From Alphaproteobacteria bacterium (GTDB lineage: Bacteria; Pseudomonadota; Alphaproteobacteria; MPNO01; UBA830): a stretch of DNA of 64,000 nt. Position 1 is the stretch's first letter. Each line of letters opens with the position of its first letter. A program made the position numbers and the translations under genes. This document shows positions 20,163 through 29,501 of this stretch, one piece after another. The notes under the pieces were generated by a model that did not search any database, was not told where the DNA came from, and saw nothing but the letters and a program-made list of their open reading frames with translations. Location: assembly GCA_965221485.1 (NCBI GenBank), contig OZ244893.1:3515726-3579725 (forward strand). Direction: 5' to 3'.

Positions 20163-21151
20163 GCTTCCGACATCTCCACCAGATCAGCCAGCGACGCAGC
20201 TGGTCGGGCCCCGAAATGGCTGATGACTTCGGCAGCGCAGATCGAACCGATCTTTCCACAGCGTTCCGGATTGTATCCCCGGGTCAGTCCGAAAAGGACC
20301 CCGGCGGCGTAGAGATCCCCGGCACCCGTTGTATCTACAACCCGGTCCACCTCATGCGCGTCAATGTCGAATCGGTCAGCACCTCTGACAATGACAGATC
20401 CTTCGGGGCCGCAGGTGATGGCTGCGATTTCGGTTTTTTGTGCGATGGTTTCGACCGCATCTTCAAATGATTCGGAAGGGTAAAGGAACATGAGCTCGTC
20501 CCTGTTCCCGAAGAGAATGTCGACATGAGCCTCTATCAGATTTCGGAATTCTTCCCGGTGTCGCTCGACACAGAACGGATCCGAAAGGGACAAGGCGACC
20601 TTGCGATCGGCCGCGTGCGCCAGTTCAGCTGCCTTGAAGAAAGCCTGCTTGGCCGGACTGAGGTCAAACAGGTATCCTTCAAGATAGGTTATGCGTGCGG
20701 AGCCCAGGGCCTCGGGATCGATGTCTTCCGGCCCAAGCGCGGAACTTGCACCAAGAAGGGTCTGCATGGTCCGGTCGGAATCAGGGGTCACGAATATCAG
20801 GCAGCGCCCCGTCGGGGGGCCTTCGGACGCAGGCCACAATCGGTGATCAATGCCGATCGAAGCCATGTCATGGCGGAACACGTCCCCGAACCTGTCATTC
20901 CGGACCTTGCCAATGAATGCTCCCTTGCCGCCCAGTGAAGCCAGCCCCGCCAGGGTATTGGCAGCAGATCCACCGGACATCTCGATCGGGGCCGTCATTT
21001 CCGAATGAAGGCGGGTCGCGTCCTCCGTTTCGATCAGGGTCATGCTGCCCTTGTTGAGTCCCAGGCGCTTTATGTCAGAGTGTGTGGCCTGGCAAATGAC
21101 ATCCACAATGGCATTGCCGATTCCCACGACATCGAACAGTGAATCAGACAT
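20159..21151 (-). CDS. PfkB-family carbohydrate/adenosine kinase
   Basis: Ribokinase-fold motifs 'VVGIGNAIVD' and C-terminal 'DTTGAGDLYAAG'. The stop overlaps the typA start. Confidence 0.75.
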   Translation of the reverse strand: MSDSLFDVVGIGNAIVDVICQATHSDIKRLGLNKGSMTLIETEDATRLHSEMTAPIEMSGGSAANTLAGLASLGGKGAFIGKVRNDRFGDVFRHDMASIGIDHRLWPASEGPPTGRCLIFVTPDSDRTMQTLLGASSALGPEDIDPEALGSARITYLEGYLFDLSPAKQAFFKAAELAHAADRKVALSLSDPFCVERHREEFRNLIEAHVDILFGNRDELMFLYPSESFEDAVETIAQKTEIAAITCGPEGSVIVRGADRFDIDAHEVDRVVDTTGAGDLYAAGVLFGLTRGYNPERCGKIGSICAAEVISHFGARPAASLADLVEMSEA

Positions 21152-21265
21152 GGACCTCCGACATATCCCCCCAAGGATCCGGCGGGTGCAGTATAGCCAT
21201 GGGCAATGTCAGCGCAACGGTGAGGCAAGGCGATTGTTCCGGAGCGTGCCTGAAACCAGGAGGTC

Positions 21266-21997
21266 TTGAGGAGACTGGATGTGATTGCGGATCTTTACAA
21301 GGCGGTCCTGCAACTGGGTGATCCCCGAATTCGGGGAGTCATATGGCGTTGCATCGCGATCTGTACCGTCATCCTGGCGGTTCTCATCATTGCCGTCGAC
21401 CAGGCCATTTCGGCCGTGGCTTTCTTTGGCATCAGCTGGATCGATGATGCCATCGGGTTGCTGGGCGGAATCGGCGTGTTTGTCGTCGGTCTGATCCTGT
21501 TTCCGGCGTTTGCCGGGCTCGTGGTCACGTTCATGTCCGATGACATCGCCGAAGCTGTGGAACAGCGGCATTATCCGTCATTGCCGGCTCCCCGAAAGGA
21601 ACCGCTCTGGGAGATGCTTTGGGTCGCAATGCGGTTTTGCGCAGCGACCGTGGCCCTGAATGGCCTGCTGTTTCTGATTGTCATTCCGCTGCTTTTGATT
21701 TCGGTCGTTTTCAGCCCCCTGGTACCGGTCCTGGTTTACGGGCTCAACGGATATCTTGTAGGGCGGGAGTATTTTGAACTTGCAGCTGCGCGGCGTCTGG
21801 ATGCAAGGGGAGCCCGCGACCTGCGGAAACGCCATCAGGGTCGCATCTTCGTGGCCGGTATGCTAATCGTGGCGCTCATGTCGATTCCTGTCCTCAACTG
21901 GTTGATGCCTGTCGTTGCAATGGTGTTCATGCTGCATTTGTTTCAGGGCTTGCGCGCGCGGTACGGGGCCCGTGATGACACTTTGCCCGGCGGTTGA
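21266..21997 (+). CDS. CysZ/EI24-domain inner-membrane protein
   Basis: Four predicted TM helices with EI24/CysZ-like topology. The likely true start is GTG 21281, 8 nt after AGGAG; the ORF track begins at TTG 21266. Confidence 0.55.
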   Translation: MRRLDVIADLYKAVLQLGDPRIRGVIWRCIAICTVILAVLIIAVDQAISAVAFFGISWIDDAIGLLGGIGVFVVGLILFPAFAGLVVTFMSDDIAEAVEQRHYPSLPAPRKEPLWEMLWVAMRFCAATVALNGLLFLIVIPLLLISVVFSPLVPVLVYGLNGYLVGREYFELAAARRLDARGARDLRKRHQGRIFVAGMLIVALMSIPVLNWLMPVVAMVFMLHLFQGLRARYGARDDTLPGG

Positions 21998-22003
21998 CTG
22001 TCG

Positions 22004-22594
22004 GTGATCCGGAATATCTTTCGCGCCACGCTCCCGGAGAAACCCGGAGCTTACAGACGATGTGGCGCCGGTGTCGTCCGCCTGTCAGTTGCGGCCCTGC
22101 TTATTGCCGTCAACGTGACCGCCGCAGGGTGTCAGGCGAATCTGGAAGAGCTGGTTTACACGATGTCCGGCAAGATCGACGGGTCCCGGATTGCAAGGGC
22201 GTCGTCTCCGGTTTCGAAGAGTGCGCCGGAACCCGCGCCAAGGCCGGCCGATCGCGAAGCTCTCGTGCCCCGGTTGCCGAAGACGGTCCGGATACCACCG
22301 ACACCAACGGTGAAAGAGACACCGCCGACGAATCCCGCATCATTGATGGGAATGACCCGTAACAAGGTCGAGGCCTTGCTTGGAAAACCCGGCTTTACCC
22401 GTCGGGATCCACCCGGCGAACTCTGGCGCTTTCGTGGCGAAGACTGTGTCCTCGACATGTATTTTTATTTTCGAAAGGGTCGAATGGTACTCGACTACAT
22501 GGAAGCGCGGAAGGGAATGGTCCGGGAAGCTGACAACAGCGATTGTCTGAACCGGCTGATCAGGGCTACCCGACGCCAGCCCGGGACAGGTTGA
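22004..22594 (+). CDS. Hypothetical exported protein/lipoprotein
   Basis: ORF with a putative lipobox 'LLIAVNVTAAGC' followed by a Pro/Ala-rich linker and a C-terminal globular region. No recognisable family; coding status is uncertain. Confidence 0.4.
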   Translation: MIRNIFRATLPEKPGAYRRCGAGVVRLSVAALLIAVNVTAAGCQANLEELVYTMSGKIDGSRIARASSPVSKSAPEPAPRPADREALVPRLPKTVRIPPTPTVKETPPTNPASLMGMTRNKVEALLGKPGFTRRDPPGELWRFRGEDCVLDMYFYFRKGRMVLDYMEARKGMVREADNSDCLNRLIRATRRQPGTG

Positions 22595-22602
22595 TCGAAG
22601 GA

Positions 22603-23121
22603 TCAGTCGTCGCGGTTCCCGTCCTTGTCCGGCCGCTGGTCCTGATCGGACGGTGTCCGGACCTCATCATAGTCGCCGTCGATGATCATTCCCTCCTGTG
22701 GCTGCGAGGGGGCCGTCCGGCCAGCCTGGCCAGGGAACACCGAGGCGGAGGCCGTCATGTTTTTCCGGGCGCTGATCCAGGTCCATAACAGCTGTCCAAC
22801 CAGCAATCGGACCGGTGGAACAAACAGGAGGAAACCCAGGGCATCCGTGAAGAAGCCCGGCGTCAGGAGTAATGCGCCGGCAACGAGCAGGCACAATCCG
22901 TCAAAGACCTCGGCCACCGGCAATTGACCCTTTGCAACACTCTGCTGGAAGCGTTGCAGGACGGCCATGCCCTGCATACGAAGAAGCGTGGTTCCGGCCA
23001 CTGCGGTCGCCACCACGATGGCGATGGTCGGCCACAGACCGATCCATCCCCCGATTTCTATGAAAGCGATGATTTCGATCACCGGGATACCGATGAATGC
23101 CAGCAACAGGATAGCCGTCAT
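22603..23121 (-). CDS. fxsA: FxsA family cytoplasmic-membrane protein
   Basis: N-terminal 'LLLAFIGIPVIEIIAFIEIGGWIG' is a typical FxsA signature, followed by an acidic C-terminal tail. Confidence 0.75.
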   Translation of the reverse strand: MTAILLLAFIGIPVIEIIAFIEIGGWIGLWPTIAIVVATAVAGTTLLRMQGMAVLQRFQQSVAKGQLPVAEVFDGLCLLVAGALLLTPGFFTDALGFLLFVPPVRLLVGQLLWTWISARKNMTASASVFPGQAGRTAPSQPQEGMIIDGDYDEVRTPSDQDQRPDKDGNRDD

Positions 23122-23321
23122 GCTTGCGATTTTCCGTTGGAAGTCCTATTGTCTCCTGCAGAAAGCGTCGCGGGCGGGTGGACTATCGTATCCTTGACCG
23201 TACAGGCTGGCGCGATGCGTTCCTACAGTATCGCCAAGCCGCGCCAGCATGCAACGCCTCCTGCGGAATTCGATCATCGTGGATCGATTTTTATGGCTTT
23301 CATTCAGCGGAGCGCTGGATC

Positions 23322-24029
23322 ATGAGTGAAGGATTTCAGTTTCTCGATATTGTTCTCTTCGCGATGGTAGCCGTATTTCTGGCTCTCCGGTTGCGTAGTG
23401 TGCTGGGCAAGCGAACGGGACATCATCGACAACGGTCGGACCCGCTCTCCCAGGGCCGCCCGCCGGCGCCGGTTGACGCCGGGCCGGAGGATCGTGAGGA
23501 ACGAGGAAGAATGCCGGCCCCGGAAACCCTCGATTCGCCCCCTCAGGAAGAAAGAATCGAACCGGAACCGGACGACGAAGTGGCTTTCGTACTCACGAGA
23601 CTCTCTATCCTCGACGAGACCTTCGAAAGACAAACCTTCATGGAAGGAGCCCGGGCGGCGTTTGACCTGATTGTCAACGCTTTCGCGAAAGGCGATCTGG
23701 ACGTTTTGCGCGATATGTTGGCCGAAGATGTTTTCCAGAATTTCGCCGATGCCATTGCGGAGCGCCGCACGGCGGGCGAGACACTCGAGACGACGATCAT
23801 GAGCCTCAAGTCGGCCCGGATCGTGGACGCGGAACTGACAGAAGAGGACGCCGTTATCACCGTCTCGTTTGTTTCCGAACAGATCAATATCACCAGAGAT
23901 GAAGAAGGTCGGATCGTCGGAGGGGATCCTCACGAGATGATGGAAATCACTGATGTCTGGAGTTTCCGACGCAAGACCCGGTCCAGGGATCCAAACTGGA
24001 CACTGGTAGAAACCAGGAGCGAGACATAG
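23322..24029 (+). CDS. Tim44-like domain protein
   Basis: N-terminal TM helix, charged linker and C-terminal Tim44-like fold ('FLEGARAAFDLIVNAFAKGDLDVLRDML'). ATG 23322 is chosen; the longer ORF from 23124 lacks homology. This is the conserved alphaproteobacterial neighbour of mltA. Confidence 0.7.
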   Translation: MSEGFQFLDIVLFAMVAVFLALRLRSVLGKRTGHHRQRSDPLSQGRPPAPVDAGPEDREERGRMPAPETLDSPPQEERIEPEPDDEVAFVLTRLSILDETFERQTFMEGARAAFDLIVNAFAKGDLDVLRDMLAEDVFQNFADAIAERRTAGETLETTIMSLKSARIVDAELTEEDAVITVSFVSEQINITRDEEGRIVGGDPHEMMEITDVWSFRRKTRSRDPNWTLVETRSET

Positions 24030-24069
24030 GCCAATTCCGTCTCAAGCACGGGGCCGGTGTCCCCGGGGA

Positions 24070-25290
24070 GTGGCCGGAACTGTTCAGGCCAACACGAACA
24101 AGGTGAGAAGCCGCTGGACGGCTGTTTGGTTGGGGGTACTGGTTGCGGTCGGCCTGACTGCCTGCGCGAGCCCACCACCAGAGACCCAGGATATTCGTTT
24201 CGAGCGGGTGCGCTTCAGCGACCTTCCCGGCTGGCAGAACGACGACCATGCCGCGGCGTTGTCAGTCCTGCACCGGTCCTGTCCGAACTTGCGAGCTTCG
24301 GGGACGGGCCGGCACGGGACCATTGCCGACTGGCGGCGGATTTGCGACCAGCTGGAAACCATCGGGTCATCGGAAGCGCGATCGTTCCTGGAGCGGAACT
24401 TCGAGCCTTTTCGTGTCACCGCGCCCGATGGTAATGACAAGGGTCTCATCACGGGATATTTCGAACCGGAGTTGAGGGGTTCGCGACAGCCGGGTTCTCG
24501 TTTCGATACACCGCTCTACAGACGTCCACCGGAACTGGTCTCGGTTGAACTCGGGGAGTTCCGGGAAGAGTATCGTGGGGAGACAATCACCGGGCATATC
24601 GTGGCCGGCAGGCTTCGTCCCTATTTTGATCGCCGTGACCTTGACCGGGGGGCGCTCGAGGGGCGCGGCCTTGAGCTGGTCTGGGTTGACAGCGCTGTTG
24701 ACGCGTTCTTTCTTCACATCCAGGGTTCGGGGCGAGTGCGTCTTCGCGACGGAACCGTGATAAGGCTGGGCTATGATGGTACGAACGGCCAACCCTACCG
24801 GGCCATTGGCCGCGACCTGATCCATCGCGGTGAAATTCCCCGCGAACATGTGTCCATGCAGTCAATCCGCAAATGGTTGACAGACAATCCCGGATCGGCA
24901 ACCGAACTGATGTGGGCCAACCGGTCCTACATCTTTTTCAGGATTCTGGAAGGGGAAGGACCGATCGGGACCGCCGGTCTTCCCCTGAGACCGGGCCGCA
25001 GCCTGGCGGTTGATCAGAGGCTGGTCCCGCTGGGGCTTCCGGTGTGGATCGACACCTATCTGCCGGATGACGAGCAAACGCCACTGCGTCGTCTGACAAT
25101 CGCCCAGGACACGGGCGGGGCGATCAGGGGCCCTGTCCGCGCAGATCTGTTCTGGGGTTCGGGCGATCGGGCTGCTGATATCGCAGGTCAAATGAAATCA
25201 TCCTTGCGATACTGGATTCTCAGCCCGACATCCGCGCTTTCGATTGCCGGGAGATCCGGTGTCCCGCTATCCCCGAGTCGTTCCAGGTGA
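24070..25290 (+). CDS. mltA: Membrane-bound lytic murein transglycosylase A (MltA)
   Basis: Lipoprotein signal (LVAVGLTAC), MltA domain and 3D domain ('GTAGLPLRPGRSLAVDQRLVPLGLPVWIDT'). Confidence 0.85.
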   Translation: MAGTVQANTNKVRSRWTAVWLGVLVAVGLTACASPPPETQDIRFERVRFSDLPGWQNDDHAAALSVLHRSCPNLRASGTGRHGTIADWRRICDQLETIGSSEARSFLERNFEPFRVTAPDGNDKGLITGYFEPELRGSRQPGSRFDTPLYRRPPELVSVELGEFREEYRGETITGHIVAGRLRPYFDRRDLDRGALEGRGLELVWVDSAVDAFFLHIQGSGRVRLRDGTVIRLGYDGTNGQPYRAIGRDLIHRGEIPREHVSMQSIRKWLTDNPGSATELMWANRSYIFFRILEGEGPIGTAGLPLRPGRSLAVDQRLVPLGLPVWIDTYLPDDEQTPLRRLTIAQDTGGAIRGPVRADLFWGSGDRAADIAGQMKSSLRYWILSPTSALSIAGRSGVPLSPSRSR

Positions 25291-25329
25291 TAGTCTGGAC
25301 CCTGAAGACGGGGGGATTTCTTTGCTAGC

Positions 25330-26130
25330 ATGAAGGTCAGGATTGGCAATTTCGAGATAAATTATGAGGTCTGCGGGCCCGAGAAAGCCCCCTGGGTTAC
25401 GTTCAGCCATGCTCTTGGAAACAATTTGTCTCTATGGGATGAACAGGTGGCCTTGCTCTGCGACCGGTTCCGCATCCTGCGCTACGATCACCGCGGCCAC
25501 GGCGCGTCAGACGCACCTCCCGGCCCCTACAGCTTTGACGATCTCGAACGGGACGTGATCCAGCTGCTGGATCATCTCGGTATCGAGCGTACGCACTGGG
25601 TCGGCCTGTCCATTGGCGGTATGCTTGGTTACGGCCTTGCCCAGCATAATGGCGAGCGACTTCTCTCGCTTGTTGCCTGCGATTCACGGCCGGATGCACC
25701 GCCTGACTATGCGGCTTATTTCCAGTACCGTATCGACACGGTGCGAGCCGGCGGTATGGAGGCAGTCGTGGAGCCCACAATCGAGCGGTGGTTCACACCG
25801 AAGACACGACAGAGCAATCCGCCGGTTCTCGACAAGGTGAGAGCCATGTTGCGAAGCACCAGTGCGGAGGGTCATGAGGGATGCTGCGAGGCCCTGAAGC
25901 GGCTTTCCTTCGGATCCGGCCTCAGCCGGATCGCTATCCCGGTTCTGGTTCTCGGCGGGGCGGAGGACAAGGGAGCGCCTCCTGATGTCCTTGCCGAAGC
26001 CGCGGCGGCAATCCCCGACAGCCGACACGTGATCATCGAGGCGGCGGGACATATTTCCAATCTGGAGAATCCGAAGGCCGTAAACCGGGCGCTGGAGGCG
26101 TTTTACAGGGAGATCGGCGATGTATCTTGA
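25330..26130 (+). CDS. Alpha/beta-fold hydrolase (3-oxoadipate enol-lactonase / meta-cleavage-product-hydrolase-like)
   Basis: Nucleophile elbow 'GLSIGG', HGxxxxxxxW-type oxyanion region 'FSHALGNNLSLW' and 266 aa. The stop overlaps the start of the next gene. Confidence 0.8.
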   Translation: MKVRIGNFEINYEVCGPEKAPWVTFSHALGNNLSLWDEQVALLCDRFRILRYDHRGHGASDAPPGPYSFDDLERDVIQLLDHLGIERTHWVGLSIGGMLGYGLAQHNGERLLSLVACDSRPDAPPDYAAYFQYRIDTVRAGGMEAVVEPTIERWFTPKTRQSNPPVLDKVRAMLRSTSAEGHEGCCEALKRLSFGSGLSRIAIPVLVLGGAEDKGAPPDVLAEAAAAIPDSRHVIIEAAGHISNLENPKAVNRALEAFYREIGDVS

Positions 26131-26650
26131 ATCAGCTCCCCCTCCTGATGGCCCGCGCGGGTCCGACATCATTGCCGCGATCAAGGCTGCCAGCGTTTCA
26201 CATGTTGCCGCGTTGCCCGATATCACGACCAGTGAGGGTCTTCTTCGGCCATTGTCGCAGGATTCGGATCTGCGGCTCATTCGCCTCAGCAAGGAGGATG
26301 AGGGAGTTTCCATCTGCGCAGGGCTAGGGTATTGCGAAAAGCGCGCCGTGTTGCTGATGCAACAGACCGGGCTGATGGACTCTCTCAATGCGGTGCGCGC
26401 CATTGCCGTCGATTATCAGCAGCCCATTTGCATGCTTGTGGGCCTGCTCGGAAAAGAGCCTGATCGCGCCCCCCGCGAGTCTGACAGTTACGGTGTGCGC
26501 ATCATCGAACCGATCCTCGAGGCCATGGAAATCGATCACCTGCTTGTCGAATCCCCGGGTGATGTTGACCGGATCACACCGGCAATCGACCGGGCCTACC
26601 AGCAATCCCGTCCGTTGGTGGTGCTGTTCGGGAAGTGGATCCGCCAATGA
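26120..26650 (+). CDS. Sulfopyruvate/phosphonopyruvate decarboxylase alpha-subunit-like protein (TPP enzyme N-terminal Pyr-domain half, ComD-like)
   Basis: 176-aa protein matching the N-terminal (pyrimidine-binding) half of TPP-dependent 2-oxo-acid decarboxylases split as in ComD. RBS GGGAGA; overlaps the hydrolase stop. Confidence 0.68.
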   Translation: MYLESAPPPDGPRGSDIIAAIKAASVSHVAALPDITTSEGLLRPLSQDSDLRLIRLSKEDEGVSICAGLGYCEKRAVLLMQQTGLMDSLNAVRAIAVDYQQPICMLVGLLGKEPDRAPRESDSYGVRIIEPILEAMEIDHLLVESPGDVDRITPAIDRAYQQSRPLVVLFGKWIRQ

Positions 26651-27228
26651 TGCAGCGCAGGGAGTGTTTCGAGAGAATTGCCGAACTGCGGGGAGGCGCC
26701 ATCGTTGTCGCAACCTACACCTCTGCATTCGAATGGCGCAGCGTCGATCCCAGCCCTCTGAATTTCGTGAGCATCGGTGCCATGGGCCAGGCATCGTCCC
26801 ATGCGCTGGGGCTTGCCCTCGGACTGTCGGATCACAGGATCATCGTACTGGACGGCGATGGCAGTCTGCTCATGAATTTGTCGAGTCTGGCCACCATTGC
26901 GAACGCTGCCCCCTCAAACCTGCTTCACTTTGTTATCGAAAACGGGACCTACGAAGCCAATGGCGGACATCCGATTCCGGGGCAGGGACGGATCGACTTT
27001 GCCGGACTGGCCCAGGCTGCAGGATATCCCGCGGTCTACAGTTTCGAAGGTATCAACCGCTTCGCTTCAGACCTGCCGGGTGTCATGGCAGCCCGGGGAC
27101 CCGTATTTGCCGCCCTGAAGGTGGAAGCCGGGACGGCGCCTCCGGTCGAATATGATTACGAATGGTTGCACAGCGAAGATCGTCGCAGTGAATTTCGGGA
27201 GGCCATTCGGCCATACATCCGGCCCTGA
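26647..27228 (+). CDS. Sulfopyruvate/phosphonopyruvate decarboxylase beta-subunit-like protein (TPP-binding PP-domain half, ComE-like)
   Basis: TPP-binding motif 'GDGSLLMNLSSLATIA..N' (GDG-X24-N) and ~193 aa. The ATG overlaps the comD-like stop as ATGA; the ORF-track start is GTG 26635. Confidence 0.68.
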   Translation: MMQRRECFERIAELRGGAIVVATYTSAFEWRSVDPSPLNFVSIGAMGQASSHALGLALGLSDHRIIVLDGDGSLLMNLSSLATIANAAPSNLLHFVIENGTYEANGGHPIPGQGRIDFAGLAQAAGYPAVYSFEGINRFASDLPGVMAARGPVFAALKVEAGTAPPVEYDYEWLHSEDRRSEFREAIRPYIRP

Positions 27229-27417
27229 CCCAACCCAAAATCGGGAGCCGTGAAAAAGATGAGAGGGATATGGTCATTCAGGCGCGAGGCCGTTGGCAAC
27301 GGTTGTGGAGACTGCGCCGGATATCAGCCCCTCCCGGCGGCGCGTTGAAAATATATCCTGCCTGACCGGTCACCGGAATGCAGCTGTCGCCCTGATCATC
27401 CTGTCCCTGGAGAGCCG

Positions 27418-28794
27418 TCAGACCGGCTGGAACAGAAGGTCAGGCAGATAGGTTGCAATCTCGGGGTACATCATGATCGCGACCATCGCGATGAGCATCA
27501 GGATCCAGTACGGAACCGAACTTCTGAATATCGTCATGACATTGATGTCCGGATCAATACCCTGAATCGCAGACTTTACGGTATAGACGAGCAGCCCGAA
27601 CGGCGGGGTCAATAATCCTGCTTCGATGGCAATGATTGCGATAACCGCGAAAGCGATGGGATCGTAACCCAGCTTGACCGCAATCGGAGCGAAGATGGCT
27701 GCTGTGAGCAGCATGATCGAGATCGAATCGATGATCATGCCGAGGGCAAACCAGATCAGGACCATTACGGTCAGGATCATCCATGGAGCCATGGCTCCGT
27801 TCAGGAATACACCCTCAATGGCGTTGGTCACGCCGGTCATTGCGAGCGTTCGGGAGTAAAGGGCAGCGGTGACAAGTAACAGGAGTATCGGTGCCGATGT
27901 ACGGCCGACCGACAGTACGGCATCAATGAACTCCCGCAGACGCATACCCTTGATGATTCCCAGAAGGAGCCCGATGAAGGCGCCTGCGCCTGCGCCTTCG
28001 GTCGGAGTGAAAACACCAAACCAGATCCCGCCCAGCACGACAACGATCACGAGAAGGATACCACCGAGGCTGACGAGGAACTGGAGCGTGGAGACCTCCT
28101 CCTCCCCTGCAACCGCAGCCTGGTCCGCTTCCGACTGGTTCCGGTGCGTGGTCCCGATACCAACAAGATCGGGTCTCAGCACCGAGACAGAAAATGCGTA
28201 AATGACGAACAGTGTCGTCAGAAGAAGCCCGGGCAGGATGCCGGCGGCAAAGATTTGCCCGATGGACTGTTCGGTGAGGATGCCCCAGACGATCATCAGG
28301 ACGCTGGGAGGAATCAGCATGCCGAGGCAGCTTGAACCGGCAACAGCCCCCAAAGCGAATCCGCGGTGGTATCCGAACCGTTTCATTTCCGGGTAGGCAA
28401 TACGGGAAAATGCGGCAGCCGATGCAATGCTCACGCCTGTCACAAAGGAAAACAGCGCGTTTCCGAGGACGGTCGCAATGGCCAGCCGGCCGGGCAGCCG
28501 GTGCAGCAGCCGGTTGATACCCCGGTAGACGTCGGTGACAGTGCCGGACTTGCCGATGAACTCGCCCATCAGCATGAAGAGCGGAATCACCGCGAATACA
28601 TAGGCGCGGATAGCCTCATAGGCCGTCGCTGCCAGCATGGTCTGTACGGTCTCGAAAGCGTAGGAGTCCGCGCCTGTCACGATGAAGATGCCAAGTGCGC
28701 TCGTCATGCCGAGGGCAATGGCAATATGGACGCCGAGAGCGACCAGGGCGACCAGACAGATGACCAGCAAAATGGCGACGTTGGCTTCGAACAC
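27418..28794 (-). CDS. dctM: TRAP transporter large permease DctM
   Basis: 458-aa 12-TM DctM-family protein; conserved motifs throughout. Confidence 0.9.
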   Translation of the reverse strand: MFEANVAILLVICLVALVALGVHIAIALGMTSALGIFIVTGADSYAFETVQTMLAATAYEAIRAYVFAVIPLFMLMGEFIGKSGTVTDVYRGINRLLHRLPGRLAIATVLGNALFSFVTGVSIASAAAFSRIAYPEMKRFGYHRGFALGAVAGSSCLGMLIPPSVLMIVWGILTEQSIGQIFAAGILPGLLLTTLFVIYAFSVSVLRPDLVGIGTTHRNQSEADQAAVAGEEEVSTLQFLVSLGGILLVIVVVLGGIWFGVFTPTEGAGAGAFIGLLLGIIKGMRLREFIDAVLSVGRTSAPILLLLVTAALYSRTLAMTGVTNAIEGVFLNGAMAPWMILTVMVLIWFALGMIIDSISIMLLTAAIFAPIAVKLGYDPIAFAVIAIIAIEAGLLTPPFGLLVYTVKSAIQGIDPDINVMTIFRSSVPYWILMLIAMVAIMMYPEIATYLPDLLFQPV

Positions 28795-28828
28795 CGTTCG
28801 GGTTTCCTATTCCGGAATTCTGATAGCG

Positions 28829-29347
28829 CTAGTCAACGCCATCATCGATGTCAGACTCCGGCATATCCGGTCGAACCACATCGATATAGGCCATGACGCC
28901 GTAATTCACCAATGCGAGGCCGCTCCCGATGAGAACGGTCCAGCGGGCCGGCCATGAGGGGACCCGTAAAGCGCCTTCCCCTTCAAATTCACCGTCGACA
29001 TAGGAGCGGATGCTCTCTTCCCATCCGCCCGTGATGATCATCAGAAAAAATGCCGCACCCAGAAGATAGCCAAAGGCAAGCAGGGCTCTCTGGACCCAGT
29101 CCGGAAAGTGGGTCACGAGGAACTCGGCTCTCAGCATGGACCGGCTGCGGATCGCGTAGCCCGCCTGCAGGAACACGACGATCACCACAGAGGCACTGAC
29201 CATTTCCACGGTTCCGTAGATTGGCCGGTCGAAGGCACTCCGTCCGATGATGTCGCCCAGCACCAGGAACACGAGGGCGAAAGCCCACAGTGCCGCCAGG
29301 ATCATGAGGATCTTGGAGATGCGATCACTCAGCGTTACGAGATTCAT
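28829..29347 (-). CDS. dctQ: TRAP transporter small permease DctQ
   Basis: ~172 aa with four TM helices, lying between dctP and dctM. The internal Met at 29347 is preferred over ORF start 29398; the start is uncertain. Confidence 0.7.
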   Translation of the reverse strand: MNLVTLSDRISKILMILAALWAFALVFLVLGDIIGRSAFDRPIYGTVEMVSASVVIVVFLQAGYAIRSRSMLRAEFLVTHFPDWVQRALLAFGYLLGAAFFLMIITGGWEESIRSYVDGEFEGEGALRVPSWPARWTVLIGSGLALVNYGVMAYIDVVRPDMPESDIDDGVD

Positions 29348-29501
29348 AGGGACGTTCCATGAGACAGCGGATCGCGGCAGAGATGACTGCCGCGACACGC
29401 TCCGGGATGACGGCCGGGGCCTGCTGCTGAAAGCCCCGGGCGTCGGGCGACCGAACGCGCTTGCCGGTCAACCGGCAAAAGTCATGCCGTTTGTGAACGG
29501 A

